Shown: in pieces, positions 26,125-33,690 of the stretch
Layout of the letters: each line of letters begins with the position of its first letter
How positions within the stretch are numbered: the stretch's first letter is position 1
Source of the DNA: a virus
Taxonomy: Duplodnaviria > Heunggongvirae > Uroviricota > Caudoviricetes
Virus record (IMG/VR): IMGVR_UViG_3300048573_000453
Coordinates: 32,421-96,420 of that record
Length of the DNA: 64,000 nt
Direction: 5' to 3' (one strand)
The notes under the pieces: generated by a model
Told to the model about the DNA's origin: nothing
What the model saw: the letters and a program-made list of their open reading frames with translations, nothing else
Databases searched by the model: none
Position numbers and translations under genes: made by a program

Positions 26125-26165
26125 TTATGCGGTGAGGGCTGTAAAGTCTTTTACAGCCTTCTTAA

Positions 26166-26612
26166 TCATTTGAAAATGCTTCGTGCGATTTCGGATGCAG
26201 TTTTGCCATCATATTGGCCAGCATGCTCTTTCTTCAACAACTGCATAAACGCTGGCATTGTGGCACATGTTTTTGCAAGTTCTGTCAATTCATTCTTGTC
26301 CATTTGGCGTGGCAAGAATGCTTTTAGTACCGCTGCTTCCCGCTGAAGCGTTTCTCGAACTTGAATATCAGATGCAACGCGAAGAGTTTCGTCAATGTTT
26401 TTTAGAAACTTCTGAACAACGGCAACGACTTCTTCGTCGGTTGGTTCGCGGTTGCCGTTATTCTTGCCAACCATCTGTGCTTCACCCAGTAGGGTAGTAA
26501 GTACTGAAGCACTCTGAATACGGGCAACACGGGCAGCAACTTGTTGTTCTCGAACTTTCTGAATAAGAGTCATAAAATCTCCAAATGTGAAATAAAATTC
26601 ATTATAACACAA
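26166..26612 (-). CDS. GatB/YqeY domain protein
   Basis: ~148 aa with a YqeY-like helical repeat pattern. Confidence 0.45.
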   Translation of the reverse strand: MCYNEFYFTFGDFMTLIQKVREQQVAARVARIQSASVLTTLLGEAQMVGKNNGNREPTDEEVVAVVQKFLKNIDETLRVASDIQVRETLQREAAVLKAFLPRQMDKNELTELAKTCATMPAFMQLLKKEHAGQYDGKTASEIARSIFK

Positions 26613-26627
26613 TTGGAGCAGAAAGCT

Positions 26628-26990
26628 TTAAGCAGTCACAATTTTCTGCCACATCCGAATATATGTGTTCGCTTGGGTGCTGTCAACTAGATAACGTGTT
26701 CCGTCGTCAAACTCGATAATGAACATGTTTGGGAATTTTGAAGTATCCCCGCCCTTAACAGAAGCTAAAGCGCCTTTTGGTTTTTGATCAACTCCAAAAA
26801 CCTCTTTGCCCGTTAATACCGGCAATTTGTAACCAAGCTCTCTTTCAATTTTCTTTAGTTTAATGTCATGGATGTTACGGTCTTCATAGTGCCCGCCTTC
26901 TTCAAAATCTTCCCAATACGGCTTTTCAGAAAGCTTAATTCCTGCATCATTTAAAATGTTCATTTCTTTTGAACCAAAAGCTTGCATCAT
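26628..26990 (-). CDS. hypothetical protein (120 aa)
   Basis: ORF. Confidence 0.45.
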   Translation of the reverse strand: MMQAFGSKEMNILNDAGIKLSEKPYWEDFEEGGHYEDRNIHDIKLKKIERELGYKLPVLTGKEVFGVDQKPKGALASVKGGDTSKFPNMFIIEFDDGTRYLVDSTQANTYIRMWQKIVTA

Positions 26991-27020
26991 GGTAATCTTT
27001 TGAGCGTTCTTAAGCCGTTC

Positions 27021-27143
27021 ATCATCAGGTTTTACTAGAGTTGCTCCTGAGTTATCCGCAATTTTGTCGGCAAGTTGTTTGTCAAATTTGTCTTTTCTCT
27101 ATCCTTACCGAATTTGGCATGGATTACAATTTCGTGAAGTGTC
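27021..27143 (-). CDS. possible small protein (40 aa)
   Basis: AGGA RBS; TATAAATA late-promoter-like octamer ~30 nt upstream. Confidence 0.3.
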
Positions 27144-27274
27144 TTAAGAAGTTTCATTGGGATCCTTATGGCTAAAAAGGTTATTTATAATGTTTGAGAC
27201 AAACGACAATGATAGCTTAAACGAAAGTTGTTCTTTAAGCATTGAGAACACGTTTACAATTTTGGGGGCGCAAA

Positions 27275-27303
27275 TAAAAAGGGTCTCAAATGAGACCCCT
27301 TTA
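27275..27303 (-). terminator. rho-independent terminator (bidirectional-capable)
   Basis: AAGGGTCTCA-AAT-TGAGACCCCTT flanked by A-run and T-run. Confidence 0.7.
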
Positions 27304-27355
27304 GCAGATGTTCAGAGCTGGCAACAAAAGCATTTAACGCGTAACTAGCATCAAT

Positions 27356-27979
27356 TTATTCTTGGCAAAAGTCATAATCTGAAATAGCTATTCGTAACCC
27401 CTCATGGAACCCACGTTTATTTCCCCATGGAGAATGTTCTGATTCATATAATAATCGATAATCTTCATAAGTCGAAATTCTCTTAGTCTTCTTCCTGTTA
27501 AAATCTATTAGATAGACTTTATAGTTGCCAGTAGAAAATGCAGTAGCAATCATTCGCTGCCAGAAATGTTCACCTCTTACAGTTTGCTCTCCATCTGAGA
27601 CAACAGTTCCAGTTTCCGGAATTATGTACTCAAAAAAGATTTTGTCTGGCAACCCTTTAGTTTGTGGACTAACCCCCGCCCACACTAGTACCTGGGTACA
27701 CCAATTGGTGTCAGCAAAATGACTTTCTTGTAATTCCCACCGTACGTAATATCCCACATAAGATTCGCTAGGAATTACGCCAAAAATTTCTGTTTCCCTA
27801 CCTTTACAAATCTTCCAAAGCTCTACGTTATTAAAATGGCTAATAAACTGTTTATCAGTTCTCTGTGCTAAGGTTTTAAATAGCTTTTTATTTTCTTTGT
27901 AATTTTCCAATTTGGGGATTACTAAAGATGGAATCCTCATTGGGCTTTCTTGGATTCCAAGCAGCTCAAATAGGAGCAT
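27356..27979 (-). CDS. hypothetical protein (207 aa)
   Basis: ORF; strong terminator downstream. Confidence 0.5.
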   Translation of the reverse strand: MLLFELLGIQESPMRIPSLVIPKLENYKENKKLFKTLAQRTDKQFISHFNNVELWKICKGRETEIFGVIPSESYVGYYVRWELQESHFADTNWCTQVLVWAGVSPQTKGLPDKIFFEYIIPETGTVVSDGEQTVRGEHFWQRMIATAFSTGNYKVYLIDFNRKKTKRISTYEDYRLLYESEHSPWGNKRGFHEGLRIAISDYDFCQE

Positions 27980-27981
27980 TG

Positions 27982-28242
27982 TCAGAAACCACCAGGTCGA
28001 GCTGAGTCAACTTTAAACCGGTTCAGCAATGTCTGCTGCGCAGCATATAAGACTTCTTCTGGCATCGGGCCGTCAGATGCAAAGTCATTAACACGCATGT
28101 GCTCGAGGCGATCTCGAGATGCCATACGAATTTGAATCTTTTCGCCATCATTGAGGCGGTTTAGAAATTCATTTGCGGTTTTGGGTTTTGAAATTTCAAA
28201 ATACATATTATTCCTTAAAAATTTTAATGATAAACAACGCAC
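27982..28242 (-). CDS. hypothetical protein (86 aa)
   Basis: ORF. Confidence 0.45.
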   Translation of the reverse strand: MRCLSLKFLRNNMYFEISKPKTANEFLNRLNDGEKIQIRMASRDRLEHMRVNDFASDGPMPEEVLYAAQQTLLNRFKVDSARPGGF

Positions 28243-28559
28243 GACATTGGTTGCAATTTTGAGTCCAAAATCATGTTTCCTACTCTATAATTGTCCGCTT
28301 TTTCTGAAATAAAATGACCTACTGCATAGACATGTCCTTCAAATACAAATTTATTAATTTCGTAATCGTACGTAACAATTTCTTCTGTATTGCCTGCAGA
28401 TCCTGGTCCTACCAAGTTCTTTTGATGATTAACCTCGGACCAGCGAAATGATGACTGAAATTCAGCCCATATTGTTTTACCATTTGCTGGTCCGCCAATA
28501 AACAGAATTTGTTGCATAATTTTCTTATAATGTGGACCGTGCCGGGATCGAACCAGCAA
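28224..28559 (-). CDS. hypothetical protein (111 aa)
   Basis: ORF. Confidence 0.45.
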   Translation of the reverse strand: MLVRSRHGPHYKKIMQQILFIGGPANGKTIWAEFQSSFRWSEVNHQKNLVGPGSAGNTEEIVTYDYEINKFVFEGHVYAVGHFISEKADNYRVGNMILDSKLQPMSCVVYH

Positions 28560-28607
28560 CCTGTATGCTTTAGCAAAGCAACCGCTCTCCCAATTGAGCT
28601 AACGGTC
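28532..28607 (-). tRNA. tRNA, anticodon ambiguous (TTGCTAA loop reads GCU; stem weak with 2 extra nt)
   Basis: 7-bp acceptor GGACCGT/ACGGTCC; D-arm GCTC-AATTGGGA-GAGC; T-arm GCTGG-TTCGATC-CCGGC; no encoded CCA. Confidence 0.6.
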
Positions 28608-28738
28608 CGTAAAATTTCTTATTTAGAACCCCAAGTAGCTTAAAACATTCAATCATTGCGATGTAAGAACTAGTAAAGATGTCGGTTCTTTTTTACGTTC
28701 TGAGTTGTTCTTGAAAAACTCGTCAATGTTTTCGTCGT
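28574..28738. repeat. direct repeat copy 1 (~165 bp, ~93% identical to 29567..29747)
   Basis: Alignment read by eye; covers tRNA 5' part, upstream region and a gene remnant. Confidence 0.85.
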
Positions 28739-28790
28739 GTTCAAGTTCCCCCAACTTATAAGGCACATCTCAGAAATGTTGATATTTTGC
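28652..28790 (-). pseudogene. remnant of a family-B paralog (N-terminal ~8 codons fused to C-terminal ~30 codons, with a frameshift)
   Basis: Encodes ...PYKLGELEHDENIDEFFKNNSERKKEPTSLLVLTSQ*; compare 29657..30262, which starts MKLSTLFEMPYQLGQF and ends ...ENIDEFFIWNNSEHKKEPTSLLVLTSQ*. Confidence 0.55.
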
Positions 28791-28803
28791 TACTGGCGGT
28801 AAT

Positions 28804-29418
28804 TCACTTTGGGTTAAGATAAATTATTTTTTGCTTATATTGCTCGTCAATGATGTCAACATGCCCAATTTCAAAATCTATTAAACTTCTATTTTTAACA
28901 ATTACTTCTCCCAATCCGTCGCCTATTTCTGAGATGTCAAACAGTACTTCTGCACGTTGGGTTGGAATAAAAAGCACAATTCCGGTCCAATTTTTTAAAT
29001 CTTCATCTTTCGTTGCATATAATTCAGCAACCTGTTTTGAAAGCGACCAAGATTCATATCCCTTAAACGGAATATTGATTTGCTTAGTTTGTTCTAGCTG
29101 CTTTATAATTGGAGATCGATTACTAAAAACCATTCCGCGAAAAAGCGTTTCCGATTTCAATTTTGTGGACAAATCTTTAAAATATTTGTCATAGATTTTT
29201 CTTGAACCCACCATATTTGACATAAATTCTGATGCCCAATAGCATAATGGATGGGTTAGTTCAAATTCATCATACAAATCTTCAATTTCTCCATCTTTCA
29301 TTTCATACTTGTTGTTCAAGTATTTGCCAATTTGCATTTCTTTTGTCAATTTGAAACTAACACCGCCAATATTGACGTGTTCTGCGGACGTAGCATTTAA
29401 AATTTCTTTGAGCAGCAT
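28804..29418 (-). CDS. hypothetical protein, possible ADP-ribosyltransferase-like (ModA/ModB-sized)
   Basis: TLFRGMVF (Arg), GYESWSLS (S-x-S), GLGEVIV (single Glu); weak. Confidence 0.3.
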   Translation of the reverse strand: MLLKEILNATSAEHVNIGGVSFKLTKEMQIGKYLNNKYEMKDGEIEDLYDEFELTHPLCYWASEFMSNMVGSRKIYDKYFKDLSTKLKSETLFRGMVFSNRSPIIKQLEQTKQINIPFKGYESWSLSKQVAELYATKDEDLKNWTGIVLFIPTQRAEVLFDISEIGDGLGEVIVKNRSLIDFEIGHVDIIDEQYKQKIIYLNPK

Positions 29419-29523
29419 AAATTCCCCTATAGATCACCGTATTTACTTGATTCTGCATGGAAAACAACTCAAGAGCTAAGGCAAGTTCTTTGATTACTGA
29501 GGCGGGTTTTGCAGGTGTTGAAC

Positions 29524-29559
29524 CCACTACCAACTACCAACTACCAACTACCAACTACC
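29524..29559. repeat. heptamer tandem repeat (CAACTAC)x5
   Basis: ccactac + 4 x caactac. Confidence 0.9.
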
Positions 29560-29566
29560 TGATCCT

Positions 29567-29602
29567 AAAGCAACCGCTCTCCCAATTGAGCTAACAGTCT
29601 GT
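29567..29602 (-). pseudogene. truncated tRNA (5' 36 nt, diverged copy of the tRNA at 28532..28607)
   Basis: ACAGACTGTTAGCTCAATTGGGAGAGCGGTTGCTTT vs ACGGACCGTTAGCTCAATTGGGAGAGCGGTTGCTTT. Confidence 0.6.
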
Positions 29603-29747
29603 AAAATTTCTTATTTAGAACCCCAAGTAGCTTAAAACGTTCAATCATTGCGACAATCATTGTGAAGTAAGAACTAGTAAAGATGTCGGTTCTTTTTTAT
29701 GTTCTGAGTTGTTCCAAATGAAAAACTCGTCAATGTTTTCGCCGTTG
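29567..29747. repeat. direct repeat copy 2 (~180 bp including a 9-bp indel)
   Basis: Matches 28574..28738; overlaps the 3' end of CDS 29657..30262. Confidence 0.85.
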
Positions 29748-30262
29748 TAAATTATTATTTCGCCTGTTTCATCCCTTAACCAATCTTCAAGAGCATCGCT
29801 CCAAATTCTGATTACAAATTTCCTAATTAGGCTTTCTGTTGCCATCTTTTTCCAGAGAGCTTTGCCGCCATCAAACTGTTCAAAATCAGGGACAATTGTA
29901 AAACCGTATCTAGCAAGAAGAACATACATTGCCATTGCAAGGTTTCTGTTTCTAAACTTCGGTTGATTGTACACTGTATGAACTTGTAATTCATTATCTA
30001 CTGGCACCCCCGCTCTATTATCAAAGCGCACAGATAGAACTATTTCATTCCTTTCTGCACCTTTAGACTTGATGGTGACCGTAGCACCACCTTTGTCATT
30101 AGAAAGCCAAAATCTAAATCGATCTTCACCCTGTTCAAGTTCCCCAAGAAAATGATTTTCTCGTTCCAAACCCGCATCTGAAGGTGTAGCAATGTTGCTG
30201 ATAGATGGCGGTTGAAACTGTCCAAGTTGATAAGGCATTTCAAACAACGTTGATAATTTCAT
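29657..30262 (-). CDS. paralog family B protein (full length, 201 aa)
   Basis: ORF; homologous to 25486..26124, 35558..35965 and the fragments at 28652 and 33579. Confidence 0.55.
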   Translation of the reverse strand: MKLSTLFEMPYQLGQFQPPSISNIATPSDAGLERENHFLGELEQGEDRFRFWLSNDKGGATVTIKSKGAERNEIVLSVRFDNRAGVPVDNELQVHTVYNQPKFRNRNLAMAMYVLLARYGFTIVPDFEQFDGGKALWKKMATESLIRKFVIRIWSDALEDWLRDETGEIIIYNGENIDEFFIWNNSEHKKEPTSLLVLTSQ

Positions 30263-30873
30263 AACTTTACAAATGGGCCAGTTTTTAAGAATTCTGTTAG
30301 GGACGCTCTTCTAGGGTCAATCCATTCGGCATTATTAATTTGTTTTAAGCTTACTAAGAATTCATTTGGCCGATTTCTTCGTTGGTAAAAATATCCATTT
30401 TTCTGTCTTGCAATTCTTCGTGCAAGCATTTCGTAAAGTTTTACAGTTTGCTGGAACTGTTTATTATTTTGGCTATGAAAGTATTCGGCCGAAAAATAAA
30501 ATGGAACGTCACTAATCTTATCAGCTAAAGCATTTAGAACCACCCCATAGACAGTTGACGGTACAACATCAGAAGATTTAGCGGGTTTTAAAAATGCTTG
30601 GTTGCTATCTTCGTTTCTAAAGAAACATACTTCAAAAGCATTTTCGACTGTAACTGCTGGGCCAATCTGTATTATAAATTGCTGTTCGTCCCAAATGAAT
30701 GCTGTTAATTCATAATCCCCATGTTTTTGCCAAACTAGGTCAAGTTTAGTATCAAAAATTTCGTAAAGAAAACTATCCATAATTGCTTTCTCCAAATTTA
30801 AAAACTCCCTGGGCACAAATCCCAGGGAGTTTTTAAACGGTTTTGGAGGAGCATAATAGAATCGAACTATCAC
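30259..30873 (-). CDS. paralog family A protein (204 aa)
   Basis: Shares ...WQ(K/Q)(H/N)G..EL(T/A)(A/S)F... and ...YGVVLNA... with 55903..56469 and 56466..57023. Confidence 0.5.
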   Translation of the reverse strand: MIVRFYYAPPKPFKNSLGFVPREFLNLEKAIMDSFLYEIFDTKLDLVWQKHGDYELTAFIWDEQQFIIQIGPAVTVENAFEVCFFRNEDSNQAFLKPAKSSDVVPSTVYGVVLNALADKISDVPFYFSAEYFHSQNNKQFQQTVKLYEMLARRIARQKNGYFYQRRNRPNEFLVSLKQINNAEWIDPRRASLTEFLKTGPFVKL

Positions 30874-30933
30874 CGTTTCATCAACGGTGGGACGGTTTTC
30901 AAGACCGTGTGTCTGCCATAGACCCTACACTCC
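30844..30933 (-). tRNA. tRNA-Ser(TGA), type II
   Basis: Anticodon arm ACGGT-CTTGAAA-ACCGT; long variable arm CCGTT-GATGA-AACGG; T-loop TTCGATT; 3' CCA encoded. Confidence 0.8.
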
Positions 30934-30947
30934 AAAAATACTTTGAT

Positions 30948-31031
30948 TGGATGCCCCAGGTATCGAACCTGGCATGTTATAAAAACGCGGAGTGTTCAAT
31001 TCCGGCCACCTCCTTAGTGGTATAGACATCC
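30948..31031 (-). tRNA. tRNA-like, type II with long variable region; anticodon ambiguous (9-nt loop ATTGAACAC)
   Basis: Acceptor GGATGTC/GGCATCC; D-arm TACC..GGTG; T-arm CCAGG-TTCGATA-CCTGG; weak 4-bp anticodon stem. Confidence 0.4.
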
Positions 31032-31044
31032 AATTTTAAAACCC

Positions 31045-31095
31045 CTTTGTCCGGCCAGCTGGATTCGAACCAGCGACTTATTGCTTAGCTTACCA
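31045..31095 (-). other. tRNA 3'-half-like segment (T-arm GCTGG-TTCGAAT-CCAGC + acceptor 3' strand TGGCCGG)
   Basis: Base-pairs over 13 nt with the 5'-half-like segment at 31510..31556. Confidence 0.35.
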
Positions 31096-31401
31096 CTATA
31101 GCTTTCGCTACTGAGAATTTTTATCTTCCCGCGCGTGGTCTGAGCTTTGTCTTCATCTGTTCTAGATGGTAGCCGTCAAGTCTCTACACGTTCCTTTTTC
31201 AAGGCTTCGCTCGGCGTTGGCATAAAAATACTGTCCTCTGGATTAAATGTATTTATGCAGCGTTCGCCGAATTTGACTACATTCACAATAAACATCCCTA
31301 TTTATGTGCCCCATTAGAACTGTTTAACATATTTGCTTCTTATTCATTGTCGTAGAATTATTGTAACTCAAATTATTCTATCTAGAATAATAAATTAAAA
31401 T

Positions 31402-31494
31402 GTACTTTGCTCGCCAGAGTGGATTCGAACCACCATTGACTCCGTTACGGTACTACGCTTTAGAAGAGCGCTCCGGTACTGGCGAGCAAAGTAC
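31402..31494 (-). other. inverted-repeat-bounded tRNA-like element (16-bp IR GTACTTTGCTCGCCAG)
   Basis: Contains T-arm GGTGG-TTCGAAT-CCACT and an anticodon-like hairpin GCGCT-CTTCTAA-AGCGT (UCU); no canonical D-arm. Confidence 0.35.
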
Positions 31495-31509
31495 AATCAG
31501 GTAAAAGGT

Positions 31510-31556
31510 TAAATACTCAAAATTACTCTATCCATCTGAGTTATGGCCGGACAAAG
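31510..31556 (-). other. tRNA 5'-half-like segment (acceptor 5' strand CCGGCCA + D-arm ACTC-AGATGGAT-AGAGT)
   Basis: 13-bp inverted repeat with 31045..31057 (CTTTGTCCGGCCA / TGGCCGGACAAAG). Confidence 0.35.
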
Positions 31557-31594
31557 AGGTCTTTCTAATCATATACAAATTTCCAAAACATAAA

Positions 31595-31708
31595 TGGTAG
31601 GCCGTGTTGGACTCGAACCAACGACCAAAGGATTATTCTTCGGCTTCTTTTGTTATTATCCAACAGAATGCCTGAGTCCTCTGCTCTAACCAACTGAGCT
31701 AACGGCCC
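31595..31708 (-). tRNA. tRNA with expanded anticodon region (114 nt; ~38 extra nt between anticodon-stem halves)
   Basis: Acceptor GGGCCGT/ACGGCCT + A + CCA; D-arm GCTC-AGTTGGTT-AGAGC; T-arm GTTGG-TTCGAGT-CCAAC; stem halves GAGGA ... TCCTT are 44 nt apart. Confidence 0.55.
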
Positions 31709-31890
31709 ACACTTTTTGCATTCTCCAATTATACCATACTTTTCTATCTTTACAAATTTATTTTTGTTTTACTAAAGAATAAACAGTTCGATTTCTTCTT
31801 CAGAAGGAGTTTTTCTGCCAAGAATCTTGTAAAAAGCTTTTGAATTTTCTATCCATTCCGGGGAAGCAAATGCAAAATTTACGTTTCTAT

Positions 31891-32238
31891 TCACCCACTT
31901 GTAAAGCGCATCGTATAATTTTTTCGACTTTCAACTAATCCCGAAGTTTTATCAACGGCGATTAAAATGAAATCCGGCCCTAGTTCCTGAAGTTTTGGGA
32001 CAGCAGCATTTAACACTGCCCCAATTAGTTTGGCAGCAGGAATTTCTCCACCTGTAGCCTTATTGGTGCCATTTACAGCAAACCCAAAATCTATAAGATG
32101 TTTTGATTCTACATCGTATTCATCAATTTGTACATGACAAAGTTTGCCATCAATGATAAATTCCCCGATGTGCCTATGCCCAACATTTTCCCATTTGACT
32201 ATTGGTTTAGTGTTTAGAATTTCAAGCAAATTCATCAA
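31891..32238 (-). CDS. hypothetical protein (115 aa), possibly a short family-A relative
   Basis: ORF; ...KLIGAVLNAAVPKLQEL resembles the family-A YGVVLNA segment. Confidence 0.45.
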   Translation of the reverse strand: MMNLLEILNTKPIVKWENVGHRHIGEFIIDGKLCHVQIDEYDVESKHLIDFGFAVNGTNKATGGEIPAAKLIGAVLNAAVPKLQELGPDFILIAVDKTSGLVESRKNYTMRFTSG

Positions 32239-32810
32239 AGTAGATTTTCAATTGAATTAATCATAGGCAGCGCGATATGTTGCTTTCTAACTTTACATTT
32301 ATCCCACGTGTATTTGGTTCCACCGTCTTTTGGGATGTCCCCTCTGCCAAAGGTATACGCAAGCATAAAATCACATCCTGCTGCAACTTTATCATTTCTT
32401 CCAAACATTCCGGAATAACCGTTAGATTTTGGCTCGTATGTAACGAACTGTTTTGAATCTATGACTTCTGCTATTTGTCGGAGCGAATCATACCCTATTA
32501 TTTGGCTGAACTTTTCATGGTAAAAATTGCATGCCCTAGAGGTCTTATTGTAAGCTGCATCGCTAAAACGTTTTGTCTGAAGACAGAAAGGTGCAGGTAA
32601 ATGTAAAATTATATCCTTACATTTTCCTGTCAAAAACAATTCGACAGCTAAATGATCTGCCCATGCAGCTCCACCAGAAATCACCGTATCATCTTCACGA
32701 ACATCTGAAGAAACATCCCGAATCATCCAGCGCCATAATTCTTTAGACATCGGAATCAATTTATCCCTTCCAGCAGTTCCTATAATAGCAATTTTCATCT
32801 CTACTCCCAA
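32235..32810 (-). CDS. SLOG/DprA-like Rossmann-fold protein
   Basis: IAIIGTAGRD ... ISGGAAWADHLAVE pattern typical of the SLOG (Smf/DprA-LOG) superfamily. Confidence 0.4.
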   Translation of the reverse strand: MGVEMKIAIIGTAGRDKLIPMSKELWRWMIRDVSSDVREDDTVISGGAAWADHLAVELFLTGKCKDIILHLPAPFCLQTKRFSDAAYNKTSRACNFYHEKFSQIIGYDSLRQIAEVIDSKQFVTYEPKSNGYSGMFGRNDKVAAGCDFMLAYTFGRGDIPKDGGTKYTWDKCKVRKQHIALPMINSIENLL

Positions 32811-32816
32811 AGCTGC

Positions 32817-33368
32817 TTAATCTTCATGCAACGCAAAGACATAATCATGAAGACCGTTAATCTTTTTACAAATTGACTGACTTTCAACAATTAAAGCTTT
32901 CTCATAATTATTGTAAAGCTCAACTGGAACAATGTCAGTTATTTCATGCGTTTTTAAATCAATCATTTTTACAGGCCACTGATCGCGCAATTTGTCCCAT
33001 AGCCCGATTGTTTCTCTCGACTGTTCAACGTCTGAAATCAAGGCGAAGTTTAGAGTGTTGTATATAAACCGATATAGGTTTACTATAATTCCTCTCCTCC
33101 TATAGTTTGGGGAACACCATGAGCGCTTGACCATTAGTACTGACTTGTTTGAAGGCAGGTTTAAATCATCTATTGTTGTTAAAAGTAGCGCTGCAATTAT
33201 GCTATCATCCTTTTTCACGATGAAAACTTTAATATCCCCAGATGATCCAAGTTCAATTGTATAATCTTGGAGATAGTCGAGGCACACGATTTTAAAATTA
33301 GTAATTTTGTTTAAGTCAAATCCCAAATTAGGTTGACTTACAACTCGTGCAATCTCAGATAATTTCAT
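32817..33368 (-). CDS. hypothetical protein (183 aa)
   Basis: ORF. Confidence 0.45.
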   Translation of the reverse strand: MKLSEIARVVSQPNLGFDLNKITNFKIVCLDYLQDYTIELGSSGDIKVFIVKKDDSIIAALLLTTIDDLNLPSNKSVLMVKRSWCSPNYRRRGIIVNLYRFIYNTLNFALISDVEQSRETIGLWDKLRDQWPVKMIDLKTHEITDIVPVELYNNYEKALIVESQSICKKINGLHDYVFALHED

Positions 33369-33578
33369 AATTAGAAATTTTAAAATGGGATAAATTCACC
33401 GACATTCAATCCGACCAGACTAAAATACGGAACAAGCTTGCCAAACCGTATCAGCCCAGTAAGTTGCCAAGCTTATTCAACGGTCTCTGCGCAATCTATG
33501 GTAGTTATTTTTCCGTTACGTAATTTCCGCTTTTTGACTCACTTGAATTTTTTGCATTTCAAACCTTTAAAAATTGAA

Positions 33579-33690
33579 CTATTTTGATGTAAGCACTAAT
33601 AACGTTGTCGCTTCATTGTGCTGGGAAATATCTTTCCAAATTTGGTCATCATCGAGATTTTCAGCATTATAATTACGCGGTTCTATAAAA
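33579..33690 (-). pseudogene. C-terminal fragment of a family-B paralog displaced by the IS insertion
   Basis: Encodes ...NYNAENLDDDQIWKDISQHNEATTLLVLTSK*; compare ...IYNGENIDEFFIWNNSEHKKEPTSLLVLTSQ*; no start codon. Confidence 0.6.

Noticed and set aside
31058-31545. Group I intron inside a split tRNA
   Set aside because: I cannot identify P/Q/R/S core elements by eye, and the interior contains another IR-bounded tRNA-like element. Kept as an open hypothesis in the findings, not as a feature.
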